Shown here: positions 13,684 through 14,324 of the stretch, piece after piece
Numbering within the stretch: position 1 is the first letter of the stretch
Layout of the letters: every line of letters begins with the position of its first letter
Source of the DNA: a virus
Strand: one strand, 5' to 3'
DNA length: 14,324 nucleotides
Virus record (IMG/VR): IMGVR_UViG_3300045988_032442
Span: 1 to 14,324 of that record
The notes under the pieces: model-generated
What the model saw: only the letters and a program-made list of their open reading frames with translations
What the model was told of the DNA's origin: nothing
The model's database searches: none
Translations under genes and position numbers: made by a program

Positions 13684-13849
13684 CTTCCTGGGCTCCTTTC
13701 TGCCAACCAAACATGACCTTCGCAAGACTGACAATGACCTTGATACTGTCGATAATATCATTCTCGGTCAGTTCTTGCAGGTTCTTACCATCAAAAGTAA
13801 TGTTATCATCGGTTATAGTGATTATAATCTTAATTTCGTTACTTGTCAT
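13670..13849 (-). CDS. Hypothetical 59-aa protein, not in the ORF track (below cutoff)
   Basis: Hand translation gives MTSNEIKIIITITDDNITFDGKNLQELTENDIIDSIKVIVSLAKVMFGWQKGAQEDGDA. GGAGG lies 6 nt upstream of the ATG at 13847-13849. It overlaps the upstream stop by 11 nt and the downstream start by 14 nt. Confidence 0.5.
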   Translation of the reverse strand: MTSNEIKIIITITDDNITFDGKNLQELTENDIIDSIKVIVSLAKVMFGWQKGAQEDGDA

Positions 13850-14129
13850 AGGCTGCCTCCGTATGATACTTATTGTATTTTTTATTTACTTCAACAAGAA
13901 GCTTCTCCACTGGGATATTTGCACAAATTATAAATGCGAAACAGGATATAAGAACATGAGCTAATTCCTCTAATATCTCATTAAAAGACCCCTTTCTATT
14001 TCTTTCAAAATGCGACAAAGCTACAATGAGTTCTGCGCATTCCTCTCTTAATATTACACTTTGCAAATATCCATCACTGTTTCTAAACAATGTAGCAGTT
14101 TCTAATACAGAATTTAATAAACTTTTCAT
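13839..14129 (-). CDS. MazG-like all-alpha NTP pyrophosphohydrolase-fold protein (tentative)
   Basis: First gene after the early promoters. REECAELIVA...NEILEELAHVLISCFAFII...VEKLLVEVNKKYNKY fits the two-helix MazG pattern (ExxE...EExxD), with His where Asp is usual. The preferred start is the ATG at 14129; the ORF-track start at 14141 is a TTG abutting the GAAAGG RBS. Confidence 0.4.
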   Translation of the reverse strand: MKSLLNSVLETATLFRNSDGYLQSVILREECAELIVALSHFERNRKGSFNEILEELAHVLISCFAFIICANIPVEKLLVEVNKKYNKYHTEAAYDK

Positions 14130-14162
14130 TTCGTCAACCAACCTTTCTGTTTCGTTGTCTAT

Positions 14163-14208
14163 ATTATATCACACATCATATTGTATATGTTGCTGTGTAC
14201 ATTGTAAA
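14163..14208 (-). promoter_or_regulatory. Tandem early promoters reading leftward from the right end
   Basis: P1 on the minus strand is TTTACA (14208-14203), a 17-nt spacer, then TACAAT (14185-14180). P2 is an extended -10, TGATATAAT (14171-14163). Both lie just inside the right ITR and upstream of the first gene. Confidence 0.55.
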
Positions 14209-14249
14209 AATTGCGATACTCCCCTGCCCAGGTGATGCGGTACAACATA

Positions 14250-14324
14250 TTTTGTGTCTATTGACATTTTGCACAAAGATTGGTGCGTTGGGGAAGAAAA
14301 TTTTGTGCAATCTGCTATTACGTG
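14250..14324. repeat. Right inverted terminal repeat (75 bp)
   Basis: Exact reverse complement of 1-75. Imperfect homology continues inward: 14218-14234 matches 90-106 at 15 of 17 positions. Confidence 0.95.

Noticed and set aside
13713-13964. Plus-strand 83-aa ORF with a very hydrophobic, holin-like translation.
   Set aside because: It lies antisense to two well-supported minus-strand ORFs in an AT-rich island, where reverse frames are naturally rich in Ile/Leu/Phe. No RBS was seen, and it would be the only plus-strand gene in the genome.
1-14324. Terminal inverted repeats could indicate a transposon, IS element or Polinton-like mobile element.
   Set aside because: No transposase or integrase is present. 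The content is a full phi29-type virion and protein-primed replication gene set, for which ITRs are replication origins.

Overview
The window appears to be a complete linear phage genome rather than a chromosomal segment. Bases 1-75 are the exact reverse complement of bases 14250-14324, forming an inverted terminal repeat (ITR). All 19 supportable genes lie on the minus strand. Reading right to left, tandem early promoters precede a low-GC accessory block (a MazG-like gene and a small ORF). A replication block follows that is collinear with the phi29 early operon: an SSB-like gene, a 76-aa ORF, a candidate terminal protein, and a protein-primed family-B DNA polymerase. A low-GC C5-methyltransferase-like gene and a phi29 gp16-like packaging ATPase come next. 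A consensus-like promoter then runs into a structured terminator-like RNA, followed by the late block. The late block encodes a YvrJ-like membrane protein, a 77-aa ORF, a scaffold, a gp8-like capsid protein and a terminator. It continues with a gp9-like tail knob, an M23 peptidase, a gp10-like connector, a lower-collar candidate and a beta-helix tailspike, ending in a terminator at the left ITR. At 14.3 kb this is a very compact phi29-like (picovirus-type) podovirus, probably of a Gram-positive host given the strong GGAGG ribosome-binding sites (RBS). No lysogeny genes, tRNAs or CRISPR arrays were seen. The main points of interest are the promoter-plus-structured-RNA element next to the ATPase gene, the sequence-orphan terminal protein candidate, three low-GC mosaic islands, three in-frame tandem repeat tracts, and two sub-60-aa ORFs missing from the ORF track. 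All homology statements come from motif recognition by eye and memory, not from searches.
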